Assembly (NCBI GenBank): GCA_951406725.2
Contig: OX597822.1
Span: 57,040,001 to 57,104,000, forward strand
Origin: Octopus vulgaris
Taxonomy: Eukaryota
Direction: 5' to 3'
DNA length: 64,000 bases
The position numbers and the translations under genes were made by a program. Every line of letters starts with the position of its first letter. The first letter of the stretch is position 1. Positions 52,655-64,000 of the stretch are shown one piece after another. A model generated the notes under the pieces. That model saw only the letters and a program-made list of their open reading frames with translations, was not told the DNA's origin and did no database searches.

Positions 52655-54059
52655 ATGTCTGTTGAAATTATTCACGAAAGTAGTGCTCTTGAGGAGAGCA
52701 ATGTTAAAAAATTTTCTGCGGTAGCCGCAGTGGCTATCGAGAACATTGACATCGATATCAATCAGCTCGTCGAGCTATTTAAAAGAATGCAAGAGGAGGG
52801 TGGTGATGTTAAAATATCACCCTCCGCCAGTACCGTGGAGACCGAGAAGCGGACCGTAGTGTTTAAAACTTTCTTTCCACAAAGCAGAAGGTTCAAACAC
52901 TTTGAAAAAAGCACCATCGAGAAATGCCTGTACCCGATTTGGAAGGACATCGTGTACGTCGCCAGGGGACGGGCATATGGCACTGTGGATGTCCGCTTCT
53001 CGGGGGAAGAAATGGCCCGCGGGCATTCTGTGAACCCCCTAAAAACCAAGGAGGTGGTACTTTTCCGAAGCTATAGGGGACGCAGGACGTCCCGGGTCAG
53101 GATTGTAGAAGCCCCGCCGGACGTAGATCCGGTAGAGGTAGTGGATGCCTTGTTATATAAAAGGGCGGACAAAATAAAAATACTACAAGTAACATGCTCT
53201 GCCCCTCTATTTTAACTCGGGCGTAACATTAATATATTAATTCAAGGAACAGCGGAGGACCTGCAGCTCCTTCCTGAGAGGGTGCTCGTGGGCGAGAACG
53301 TAGCCCTCGGGGTACAGGTCGAAGGCCGAAAACCCACCTGTTACGCCTGCGGCAAAAAGGGCCACATTTGTGTAGACTGTCCAGACAAGTAAAAGAAACC
53401 GCAGACACCAGGCCCCTCAGATAATAAAAAAAGTCCCTACCCTTGCAAACACACCTACCCCTACAAAAACAAAAAATCCCACTCCTGCTGTTACGGTGCC
53501 AACCCCAAAACAGACTGAAGAAAAAACCCAGCCCTCGCACTCACAAACCCCTACACTATTAAAACCTCCCACCCCCCTAAAAACTGCGGCGCCTACCGAA
53601 CAAACTATTGCTACCCCAGACGATACCATGGAGGTATCAGAGGGGGGATTTACACCAGTTCGTAAAAGAATTCGTGCAGCATCCCCGTCCACATCCCCTA
53701 CAAAAAATAATAAAAACAAAGACACACCACAGACACGGAAAAAAAAATCCCGCTCAACTGGCCCAGAAAAAGAAGACAAAAAAGAAAATGAACTCATATT
53801 AATTGAATTCGACACACAAGACAAATACATAAACGATATTGTGGTTCAGCATCAGTCAGCAAGACTGTACAACAAATACAAAGATCGAAATAGACACGCG
53901 TGGATTGCGGAAACAACGTTCAAACAATTAAAAGACAGACACCCAAACGCCATCCGGCATATCGCGAACTTGCCGGACTATCTGAAGAAAGAGGAGAAAG
54001 AAGGGGCCCACAAACGTGTGGTGAGGTCGGCCCTCACCTCTCCAACGAAATGTAAGTAG
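52655..54059 (+). pseudogene. LINE ORF1, gag-like with CCHC zinc knuckle (frameshifted)
   Basis: ORFs 52631..53215 and 53496..54059 plus intervening VQVEGRKPT-CYACGKKGHICVDC (CX2CX4HX4C) at 53339-53380. Confidence 0.88.
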
Positions 54060-54076
54060 AACTTTTACTTTTTGTA

Positions 54077-57074
54077 ATGGCTTCGCTTAACCTTGGTTGT
54101 TTAAATGTGCGTGGTCTGAGTTCGAAGTGGAAGCAGGCTTGTTTCCTCGACGATCTCAGATCACATGATATACATGTGATGGTTGCTACAGAGACCAAGC
54201 TGGACAGCCTACAAACCTTCTCGCCTCTCCTGAATGGCTACGAGAAAATCATGTCTCCTGGCCAGACCGGAGGGCGAGGGGGCGTAGTGGTACTGATCCG
54301 TAAAGACTTGGCTCTACAGACAAGTACAGTCTATGTAGACCCAGAAGGTGGGCTGGTCGTCCTTGATGTGACATACAGCAGTAAGGCCTTCAGGTTGATC
54401 GGACTCTATGCACCTTGTGCTAGAGGTTTCCAAACTGATTTTTATCGGCGCCTAGAGGGCTTTCTCGTGACGTCGAAGACTTTAGTGATATTAGGGGACT
54501 TTAATGCTATCGTTGACGTACACATCGATAGCGTTGGCTCGATCTATAGGAAAGTGAACTCACGTCTCGTGGATCTGCTTAAGCGGTTTCAGCTGGCAGA
54601 TCGTTACAGACTTGACCATCCGAACGTCCCAGAGTGGACCTGGATGAGTGGCGACGGAAGGTTCAAGTCTTATCTAGACAGGATAGTGATAAGAACTAGA
54701 GATAAGTCTAGTTTTAGTTGTCCACAGCTCGTCCAGGTGCCCTATACTGACCATAGAATGGTCACGTGTAGACTGGACATAGATAGCACACTTAAGATAG
54801 GAACCGGCTACTGGAAGCTGAACAAGTCTATTTTGACACGCGAGGCATACCGTAGCCGGATTAAGGTGTTAGTGCAGAGGGCGTTAACCGGAGCCGTGGT
54901 TAACAACCGGTGGTGGTTCACCCTCAAAAGAGCCATTCGATTCGAGTCCATTAGATTTAGTAAACAACTAAGACTAGATAGGGCTAGAATAGAAGGGCAA
55001 CTAGTTAAGAACTTAGAGGAGGCGTTGAGGTTGGGCTCTGCATCTCACATTTTAGCGGCGAGAACGGCATTAGACCGTCACCTCAAAACCAAACATGAGG
55101 GATGTAGAGTCCGGGCTAAAGTACGAGCATTGGGCCGTGAGGGAATTAATGTTGCCGGATGGGCCCGTACGATAGAAACACAGCGTGGAAACGATGCCAC
55201 AATTAGGTCTCTTGTTGATGAAAACGGATGCACGATCAAGAAGCGGGACGAGATGTGTGAGGCACTTCACAAGCACTTCGCCGAGTTGTTCGGGAGGTGC
55301 GGGACGCTGGATCATGGTGAGGCCCTTAGGGACTTCCTGTCTGGTGGCCCGCGCCTCTTGACACGAGAGGCTGAGTGCTGTGAAGGGCCAATCACAGCCG
55401 AGGAAGTAATCGAGGTGTTGGGCAAGTGCCCCGGGGAGAAGTCGCCGGGTCTCGATGGTCTGCCCTATGAATTTTATAGAAGTATGCCAGACTTGTTCGG
55501 GCACCTGCTGGCTAGCGTCTACGCCAACTGGCAGCAGAATGGGAGAATTCCCAAGTCTGCGAGCCGGGGGGCGGTGACGTTGATCAGGAAGGACCCGAAC
55601 AAGGGGGACGAGATAGGGAACTTCAGGCCCATAACTCTGTTAAACACAGAGTTAAAGATTCTGGCCAAGGTGCTAGCAAAAAGGTTGGCGCGGGTCGTGG
55701 ACAAACTTGTCGGGGAAGCGCAAACATGCGCTATCCCCGGCAGAACGATCCACGACAATCTCCACCTTATACGCTACTCCTTATAGAGGGTGGGGAAGCT
55801 TTCTGGCACAGGGGGAGCACTGGTACATTTAGACCAGTCCAAAGCATTTGATAGGGTCGACCATCGGTACCTGGCGGCGGTCCTCGGAGAGGCTGGCCTA
55901 GGCCCGACCTTTCGAGGTTGGATCGCTGCTTTGTATAGCGACATCGAGTCTGTAGTCAAGGTGAACGGTTCCTTTTCGAAGCCGTTCAGGATCGAGCGTT
56001 CAGTTCGTCAAGGGTGTCCCCTGTCCTCGCTCCTATACGTATTGGCTCTTGAGCCTTTGCTGCGGAAGTTGGAGGCACTAGGGGGCGCGCCTCATGATCT
56101 ATGGTGTGGAAGAGGAGCTACGGCGTATGCGGATGACACCTCCATCATCGTGGCAGACGAAGGCCAGCTTCCAGTGGTGGAAGAGGCCATCAAAAGCTAC
56201 GAGGCGGTGGCAGGAGCAAAGGTTAACAAGGACAAGTCGGTCGGTTCGCGTTAAGGTTGAGGCACCTCTGGCTTTACCTGGATGGAGAGCAGGTGTGGTC
56301 ACCGCACGTCCGGTTCTACCTTCCCCAGTTAACATCCCTAACGGACATCGGTGCATGGATCAAGCGGAGACCTAAACTGAGTGAATGGCATTTGGAGTGC
56401 CGTCAGGCGCTCCAGCTACTATCTCGGGTGGGCAACGCCGGCAACAGGAGTTCCACCACGGATTTCTATAGCGGGTTAGTGGAGATTAAGTCCGAAGACG
56501 CCTTGGGGAGACCCTGGGCTACGATGAAAATCAGTTGGTCAACCTGTTCCGGAGGACGTTCGGTCCGGGGTATCTGGATAATTACCAGAAATCCCTGGCC
56601 TGGCAGTGTTTCCGTGCGGCTTTACCTGTTCGCGACAAGCTGTCAAGGCACGGTAGTGCCGTCTCGCCGACATGCCCGCGATGTGAGCAGGATAGGGAGA
56701 CCGTCTTGCACGCATTCGTGGTGTGTCCGGAGTTATCGGGACTGATAGCTTTTGTTGAACAACTGTTGTCAGTGATGGGAAGAGTACAGCTATCAGCTGA
56801 GTCTATCATCGAGATTGTGCCGCCCCCTTTCCTTAACAGGGAAAGAAAGGCTTGTTTTTTCTGTGTAGTAGCCATACTGAAAGAAACAGTATGGAAGACG
56901 CGTACGAAAGGTATAGTGACAGGCACCTTTGTCTCCGGCCAGGGGTTGATTAACTTTTTTAGTTACCACCTCAGTAGCAAAATCAGGCTGGAGAAGAGGT
57001 GTCTGTCACGAGATATGTTTGTGAAAAGATGGAAGCCTGTGGCATACAAGATGGGTATGTTTGGCACCAGGTAA
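54077..57074 (+). pseudogene. LINE ORF2 (APE endonuclease-RT-cysteine motif), disrupted
   Basis: LNVRGL, TETK, GDFN, YLDRI, TDH, KSPGLDG, RQGCPLS, YADD, CPRC..ETVLHAFVVC; premature stop at 55784-55786, internal deletion near 56250 relative to family A, frameshift near 56520. Confidence 0.95.
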
Positions 57075-57318
57075 GTGTGACCGGATCAGAAAGTAACGGT
57101 TCTACCCGGATGGCTGGGTGTCCGTCCTTCGACATGATCATTAATATTTTTAAACATTGCCTTCGTAAAATTCATTGTTTATAATCTTATCCGTAATTTC
57201 ATTCGAAAATTGTAACTGTGTTAAGCTACTTCACCCTTTATATTTGTCTGTACTTGTTTGTCCCCTCTTTGTAAATGCCTAAATGGCAAATTATATGAAA
57301 TAAAGTAGCATGCTAACC

Positions 57319-57675
57319 AACCACATGGTTCCGGGTTCAGTCCCACTGCGTTGCATCTTGGGCAAGTGTCTTCTGCTATAGCCCCGGGCCGACCAATGCC
57401 TTGTGAGTGGATTTGGTAGACGGAAACTGAAAGAAGCCTGTCGTATATATGTGTGTGTGTTTGTGTGTCTGTGTTTGTCCCCCTAGCATTGCTTGATAAC
57501 CGATGCTGGTGTGTTTACGTCCCCGTCACTTAGCGGTTCGGCAAAAGAGACCGATAGAATAAGTACTGGGCATACAAAGAATAAGTCCCGGGGTCGATTT
57601 GCTCGACTAAAGGCAGTGCTCCAGCATGGCCGCAGTCAAATGACTGAAACAAGTAAAAGAGAGTAAGAGTAAGAG
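57319..57675 (+). mobile_element. 3' piece of the interrupted tRNA-derived SINE
   Basis: aaccacatggttccgggttcagtccc (B box)...catggccgcagtcaaatgactgaaacaagtaaaaga(gagtaa)n. Confidence 0.93.
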
Positions 57676-59744
57676 TTATGACAATTCATTTCCTTTGATC
57701 CGAAAACAAGGAAACTCACGATTCTAAATTTCAAATTACGTCTAGCCATTATGCCAAGTACAAATAAATTCGTCTCGCGAACTGTTAGCAGTTCAGATAC
57801 ATTTAACTTGTCATTACCTCTACCTTTCCGCTGTCGTCTAACAACGCATCTTTACTATTGGCTTTATAGGTGTATAAAGATAAATATATATTCTCAAATG
57901 CCTCTGCAAAACTAACATATATCTCAGAGAAGATCTATGGCTTGTAGCATATTAATCATATTCAGCATTCTACTTGCACTTTAGATAAACTAGGTAATAA
58001 ATAATATCTCCATTCTCTGATTGCAAATTTTTAGAATGATATTTTTTTGTTATTAGTTAGACTAATGAACAAATTTCTTAAGCTGAAATCTAATATGGGA
58101 CTTATACACCCCCTAGATAAAAAGGACATTAACTAAATACGAGTAATATGATACGTCCTACATCATATATGCTTTGTTTGCGGTGACAGTCCTGTTGAGC
58201 CAGAACAAGGATGTTCTGTCCGCTGTCATGAAATATTTCGGCAGTTGTTCTGAGATAACACTACACACCCAACAGCTAGTTTGAATATAATAAGCAATGA
58301 GTGGGTGGGTGGTGGAATCATATGAGATTGACAAAATTAAGGGCTAAGATGAGCAATATCTTATCAGTATACATCCTACTGTTTATGTACATTATTTACA
58401 TTATTTACATTCGACGGATATTTGTCCTCATCTTGTTTGTTGTTTATTGTTTGTTGCTTTTTCTAGAGCTGTAGATGTTCAGCATGTCATCCACTGAGCC
58501 GCTTCCTTGTGGATATAATCAGTCCATTAGCAGGAAAGTCAACATCGTACGTAAAGAATTCCACCCACTTCACGGGATTGATCAAGGATACTCCCATGGA
58601 ATCCAACCAGATGGTGAGTCTAGATGTAATAAGCCTGTTCACCAAAGTCCCAACTGGTGAAGCACTATCGGTGATACAAGAAAAACTAGTGACAGACACC
58701 CATCTAAAAGAACGCATTAGTATACCAATAAGAAACTTGATGGAAATGTTGATCTTCTGTGTAGAAAATACCTATTTCAGTATGGACAGTGATATATATC
58801 GACAAGAGGAGGGTTTAGCTATGGGTTCGTTATTATCACCGGCAATAGCCAATATATACATGGAATACTTTGAGAATTTGGCTTTAGGATCAGCACCACT
58901 AAAACTAACACTATGGCTACGATATATTGATGACACCTTTATACTCTGGCCCCACCAGGAAGATGTTCAAGTTCTGTTAGATCATGTGAACTCAATAAAG
59001 CCATCCATACAGTTCACAATGGAAAAGGAAAAAGACAATCAGCTGGCATTCCTGGACAGTGTAAAGAGAGGGATTGCTCAGTGCCTAAAACATCATGCAA
59101 AGAATATAAGTAGCGATCATGATACACACCACGAAGAAATAATCAAGCTCAATAACGATCTGTTAAGCAACAACTACCCCAAAAGCATACTATCCACTTC
59201 AATTATGAAGAAGAGAGAGGATGAGGCCAATAAACTGTCTACCCTATGTGAAAGGTCTCTCCGAATAGAAACAAAAGATATGTGGCCCATATGACATCAG
59301 GACAGTATTCAAAAGTACTACAACACTTCGCAGATACCTCCTTCGAGTAAACTCACCAATAAAAAGAATATGACCAAAGATTGCGTATACTCCATCCCAT
59401 GCAGCTGTGGTAAATTATACAAAGGCGAAATATGCAGCCACCTCAAAAAAAAGGGTAGACGAACATCGCGAAGCTATGACACGAGGAGATATTGATAAAT
59501 CGGGTATAGCTGATAATGTATGGAAAAATGGAGACCACCTCCCCCTGTGGGATGAAGTTAAAATAATAGACAGAGAACACCACTGGAAAATACGAAAACT
59601 AAAAGAAGCAGCACGTATGCTAGGACACAACAACCTCCTTAGCTGACCGAGTGCAGATATGAGTAGCATATGGGAACCGGTATTAAGGAAGGATAGGAAA
59701 ATATTAGATTTATAAGCCCTAAAATTCACTCCATTATTGCCCAC

Positions 59745-59817
59745 GGGCATATGGCGTAGTGGTTAAGAGCGCGGGCTACTAACCCCAAGATTCCGAATTC
59801 GATTCCAAGTAGTGACC
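59745..59817 (+). promoter_or_regulatory. tRNA-like Pol III A/B-box cassette inside the PLE 3' region
   Basis: A box TGGCGTAGTGG, anticodon-like arm ggg-ctactaa-ccc, B-box-like gaattcgattcc; acceptor stem imperfect. Confidence 0.7.
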
Positions 59818-59895
59818 TGAACAATAATAATAATAAGAAGAAGAAGAAGAAGAATACCTTAGGAGATGAGAACCCAGATTCGAAATTTCCCCTAA

Positions 59896-59940
59896 GACAC
59901 CTGAAGATGGCTGGATGATATATCAGCGGAAAGTTGTGTT
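59896..59940 (+). ncRNA. Type-I hammerhead motif in PLE pLTR (slightly decayed)
   Basis: GACAC-CTGAAGA-tg-GCTG-gatgatatat-CAGC-g-GAAA-g-TT-GTGTT. Confidence 0.7.
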
Positions 59941-60434
59941 AACAACAAACAAGATGAGGACAAATATCCGTCGAATGTAAATAATGTATATACGATTTCT
60001 CTCAAGCAGTTCACAATCCTCATTACTTCTGTGTAAATTCAGTTTGTTACTTATATCAAACTTTTTGCTTTTTATTTGTTCTTAGACTTACCTCCAATAA
60101 ACTCTGTTTCATGGTGAAAAGCTATTCGTAGAAAATTTATTAACTGAAATTACTTTTCCTTATCATAATTCTGCTCTTGAAACAATCATATTATCAGGTC
60201 ATTATTATCTTCAAATCTAATAATATATACTTGAAATTAAAGGTTAAGTCAGGTTTAAGTAGCCTATAAGTGTTTTTTTATGTCTAATTTTTATTAATAC
60301 ATATGCCAGACAATTTGTCTGACAAAACATTAATAAAAAAATAAACATACATGCTCAGCATAGTAAGCACAGTACAAACTATGATAATAACTACCATGCG
60401 TAACACAAAATAGTTTATATATATATACATATAC

Positions 60435-60482
<48 letters not shown>

Positions 60483-60689
60483 ATAAGAATTTTTTTGCGT
60501 AATACGATAAAACAAACCAAGGCTGTGTAGATATTAGAGCATTTATAGATAGAAGGTCTTACAGCATATATATATACATATATATCATATAAGGGTAAAT
60601 AATTATTAATTTTAAAATCAACAATTATTACCGAGTAGTTTTCGGTATGAAAATATAACCGTTATCGGTAGGAACCTTTACAAAAAGTT

Positions 60690-60744
<55 letters not shown>

Positions 60745-61777
60745 TGTTATGAGAATTTATGGAAAGGCATCCCATAGAAACTCAACAAATATATTAAGAA
60801 TGGAGAAGGGATATTAAAATTTAAAAGAATTTTAATACTTGCATACGATCTTTTCAAACAGCGATATTAACATGTAAATAACATGGTAGAATAATTAAGA
60901 TTAATTTGATTAAATTTAATTAATTACATATCACTGTTCTGCTCAGTGCAAGAATTATACAACAGGAATTATTATTATTACAGAAGATTTGCTGAAGGAA
61001 ATAGCAGATAACAAATTCGGATATACATATATTTTATCTTTATGAAAAACTGAGAGCATACTAAAGAATGTTGTTGAGTCTGATTGGTCTAATTGTATAT
61101 AAACTATAACTGATGCAGCTAACGGTTATTTGATACGTTACCTCTATATAATAATAAGATACATTCCCTCTATATAATAATAAGTAGATAAGTAATTTAA
61201 ACTCAAAATAAGTCATAGAAAGTTTAATAGAGGTGTCCAATGGAAAGGCATAGTTATGTTTGAATTAGGATATGACTTGACAGTTATAAGTAATATTTGG
61301 AATGGTGTGTATTTAATTTTTTTCTTTTTGTGTATGAGAATGAAATTAAAACTAGTGAATGTAGTAATATATAGTAGGCTGCTACAATGCAACGAGAATA
61401 AGAGTTATTAGAAATACTTCAATAGGTACAGATAATGGAATTTTTTTTAATGTGAGAATTTATATTCATTTGTGTGTATTAAATATAAGGCAAAAAAATA
61501 AAAATACGAAAATTAGTTGTTAATATTACAGAATTATAAAAGTAAATACTTGCTGTGACTGAAGGTATTAAAAAACGTTCATATGTATAATAAATAGTGT
61601 ATGACTAAAAATTAGCAATATTGGGGAGATAAACATACCTATATATTTATTTATATGTATGTCTATATGATGGTGTATATACATATGTACATGTGTGCTT
61701 GTGAGTGTGGGACATACCTATATATGTGCACCCGTTTTATTAAAAATATATAAATCGGTGATGACACATAAGCACAC

Positions 61778-61827
<50 letters not shown>

Positions 61828-61846
61828 TAATAATAATAACAATAAC

Positions 61847-61911
<65 letters not shown>

Positions 61912-61921
61912 TAATAATAAT
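61778..61921. repeat. (AAT)n microsatellite
   Basis: Read directly; source of the poly-I/L/Y ORFs. Confidence 0.97.
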
Positions 61922-62489
61922 TGGTGCTTGGGTGTTTTGTGTCTTCCACGATAGATGTACACACACAATGACAAATAAAAACGATATATATATATGAGTG
62001 CACACATCGTTGTAGGCAAGTTGGACATCAAGAAGTATTATAGTATTATATTTGTTTGCATATATCAGCTGTAAGATGTAATTAAATATCAGGTAGATTG
62101 GCAAGTAGCATTAATCAATAATAATTGGAATAGGTAAGAGAGGGAGGTTAAGTAATATTATGCAAATGAAAAAAAAAATACAAAAAAGAAAGGTATATTT
62201 TATAATAAGGGAAGATATAAGAATACATTGAGAGAAATAGGGGTGTGTGGAGATTTTGTGAAGATGTTAGACCAATATAAGTTTAGTAATGTAATTATAA
62301 CAGGGTATGGTTAAATAATAAATATATCCATATAATATGATAAATTGATGTGCAGAATATTTGATGATTATTAATCATAGAAAGGGTTAATATATAGAGA
62401 GATATTTTAAAAAATAGAGATATTAGAAAGAAAATGGAAACGATATTAAAATAATGTAGGGAAAATATTATTTAAGATTAATAAGAAAA

Positions 62490-63650
62490 AACTCGGACAT
62501 ATGCTTAGTTGTAAAAACATTTTCATGCCTAGTATTAACAAAGAGATCATTCATTCTCATTATATTATAACTTTCTTCCAAGCATAATCTACAAATTTTG
62601 TTAAGATGGGTCTGATGAGAGGATTTTCGAAGATATTGAGTAATCTATATTGTTATGAGTTGCCAATTTTTTTTAGATAGATCTGCGCTATTTTCGTTTC
62701 TAGAGTCATTGAAGGAAGATTTATGATTATTTATTCTTAATTTTATAGAATTTTTCGTACAACCGATGTATATATATTTATAGGAATTATGGGTAATAAT
62801 AGTTGCTTGGTATACTACTTCTTTCATTTTACAATTTCCATCTACTTTATGCGTATTTGGGTCTCTACAATTACAATTTAAATTATTAGGCTGTACTATG
62901 TTGTAGATGACGTTTTTATTATAGAATTTGTCCTATCTTATTGTTAACGGAAGAGAAAATCTTAGGAAGGTTTGGAGAGACTGAAAATCCAAATCTAATT
63001 TTTTTGTTATTAAAAACTTTTGCATATTTAGAGTTCTTAAAGTTTTTATTAATTATTTTTCTTGTGGATCTAATAAAATTAGATTTTTGATGCATGGCAA
63101 AAGGTATTACGATCCAAGTAGTGTTATTTTTGTTTTCTTTATCATCGCAGTGGGTTATGTTTTGGGGGTCATCTATTCTTACACATGGTATTGGCTTCTT
63201 TTTTCTATATTATTTCTATCTATATTAACATGATTTCTGTGGTTATATGTATTATTGGAAGTATTAAATGTGATGTAATAATTTTCATTCTTTATGGTTA
63301 TTGGCTTAGTGTTCTTACTTCTATCTATAATTAATTGTTTTATGTGTTTATTGTCAGTATTCTTGGGTTTTATTGCATTATCATTAGTGTAGTTAGTGAT
63401 TTGTGAATTGCTGAAGTTAGTACTATTTTTTTCTTTTAGTAAGGTATTGGTTATGGTGCTCATATTGATTAAGTTTATTAGTATGTTTATTGCTTTTGTA
63501 GGATTTATGTCTATTGCTAATGTTTTGATGACTATTATTGAGAGTTTTTGTTTGTTTGTCGGGTTGTTCATCAGTTGACTTAGGTTCATGGATATTGTCT
63601 ATGTTGTTCATATCTAGATAACATTTGGTATTGTTAGTATTGGTACTCTT
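62490..63650 (-). mobile_element. Decayed Penelope-like element (Asn-rich linker plus GIY-YIG)
   Basis: TWIVIPF; CNCRDPN...GNCKMKEVVYQATI...YIYIGCTKNSIKLRINNHKSSF; ICRLCLEE-like C-terminal motif. Confidence 0.85.
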
Positions 63651-63990
63651 GCGGGTGTGAGAGTTGGAGCTTCAAAGCTCAAATGGAGTGAAAAATTCAG
63701 ACACTTGAGCATAAGTGCTTCGGAAGGCTGCTACATATCCCGTACACAAAACAAACAACTTTATCAAGAGCAACAAGTCAACAGATATGCTGGTAGGCAG
63801 GAACCATTTTTCGCAGATAAAAAGACGAAAGCTTTCTTGGCATGGTTATGTATCTCACCACAGCTCCCTGTCCAAAATCATATTTCAGGGTACAGTTGAG
63901 GAGTGCAAAGTGATGCAGAGAGAAATTCTGGTTTGATAACATCAAGGAGCGGGTAGATCACAACATACCTACCCACAAACTTGTAAATAA
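63630..63990 (+). mobile_element. RTE-clade LINE ORF2 fragment (post-RT region)
   Basis: GCESWS, IQTLEHKCF..LLHI, HKTNNFIK, IKRRKLSWHGYVSHHSSLSKIIFQGTVE, WFDNIKE across frameshifts. Confidence 0.8.
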
Positions 63991-64000
63991 CGTTAGTAAA

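Larger units (their letters stand above)
52265..57302 (+). mobile_element. Full-length Tx1/L1-clade LINE (family B) with 16-bp TSD
   Basis: 5' UTR, ORF1, ORF2, and 3' UTR ending in AATAAA; TSD aagtagcatgctaacc at 52249-52264 and 57303-57318. Confidence 0.97.
58397..59988 (+). mobile_element. Penelope-like retroelement with a 48-bp inverted terminal pLTR fragment
   Basis: RT ORF 58509..59294 (SLDVISLFTKVP, GLAMGS, YIDD, QFTME); GIY-YIG CVYSIPCSCGKLYKGE and RKLKEA; 58397-58444 is the reverse complement of 59941-59988. Confidence 0.95.

Noticed and set aside
52265-57302. Currently active autonomous LINE
   Set aside because: ORF1 is frameshifted, and ORF2 has a premature stop, an internal deletion and a frameshift

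Overview
This is AT-rich, microsatellite-saturated eukaryotic (animal) DNA with no recognisable host protein-coding exon. The mix of tRNA-headed SINEs, dense (TA)n/(GATA)n/(CA)n tracts, Tc1/mariner, Penelope-like and Tx1-type elements resembles an octopus/cephalopod intergenic or intronic region; the organism is an inference only. Almost all coding signal comes from decayed transposable elements. These are two Tx1/L1-clade LINE families, at least eight Penelope-like (PLE) remnants, four mariner copies, one Tc1, a pogo remnant, MITEs, a non-autonomous Helitron, R4/Dong-like and RTE fragments, and many SINEs. Five points stand out. (1) One Tx1-like LINE family occurs five times, always embedded in (GATA)n in the same orientation with the same 3' junction, suggesting GATA-microsatellite targeting. 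(2) A related full-length LINE sits inside the tRNA-like head of a SINE with a 16-bp TSD. (3) About a dozen minimal type-I hammerhead ribozyme motifs occur with several non-canonical cores, including a G3-C8 swap and a 237-bp head-to-tail dimer. (4) A tRNA-like Pol III cassette lies just upstream of a PLE hammerhead. (5) There is a young 576-bp inverted duplication. All alignments and folds were done by eye.
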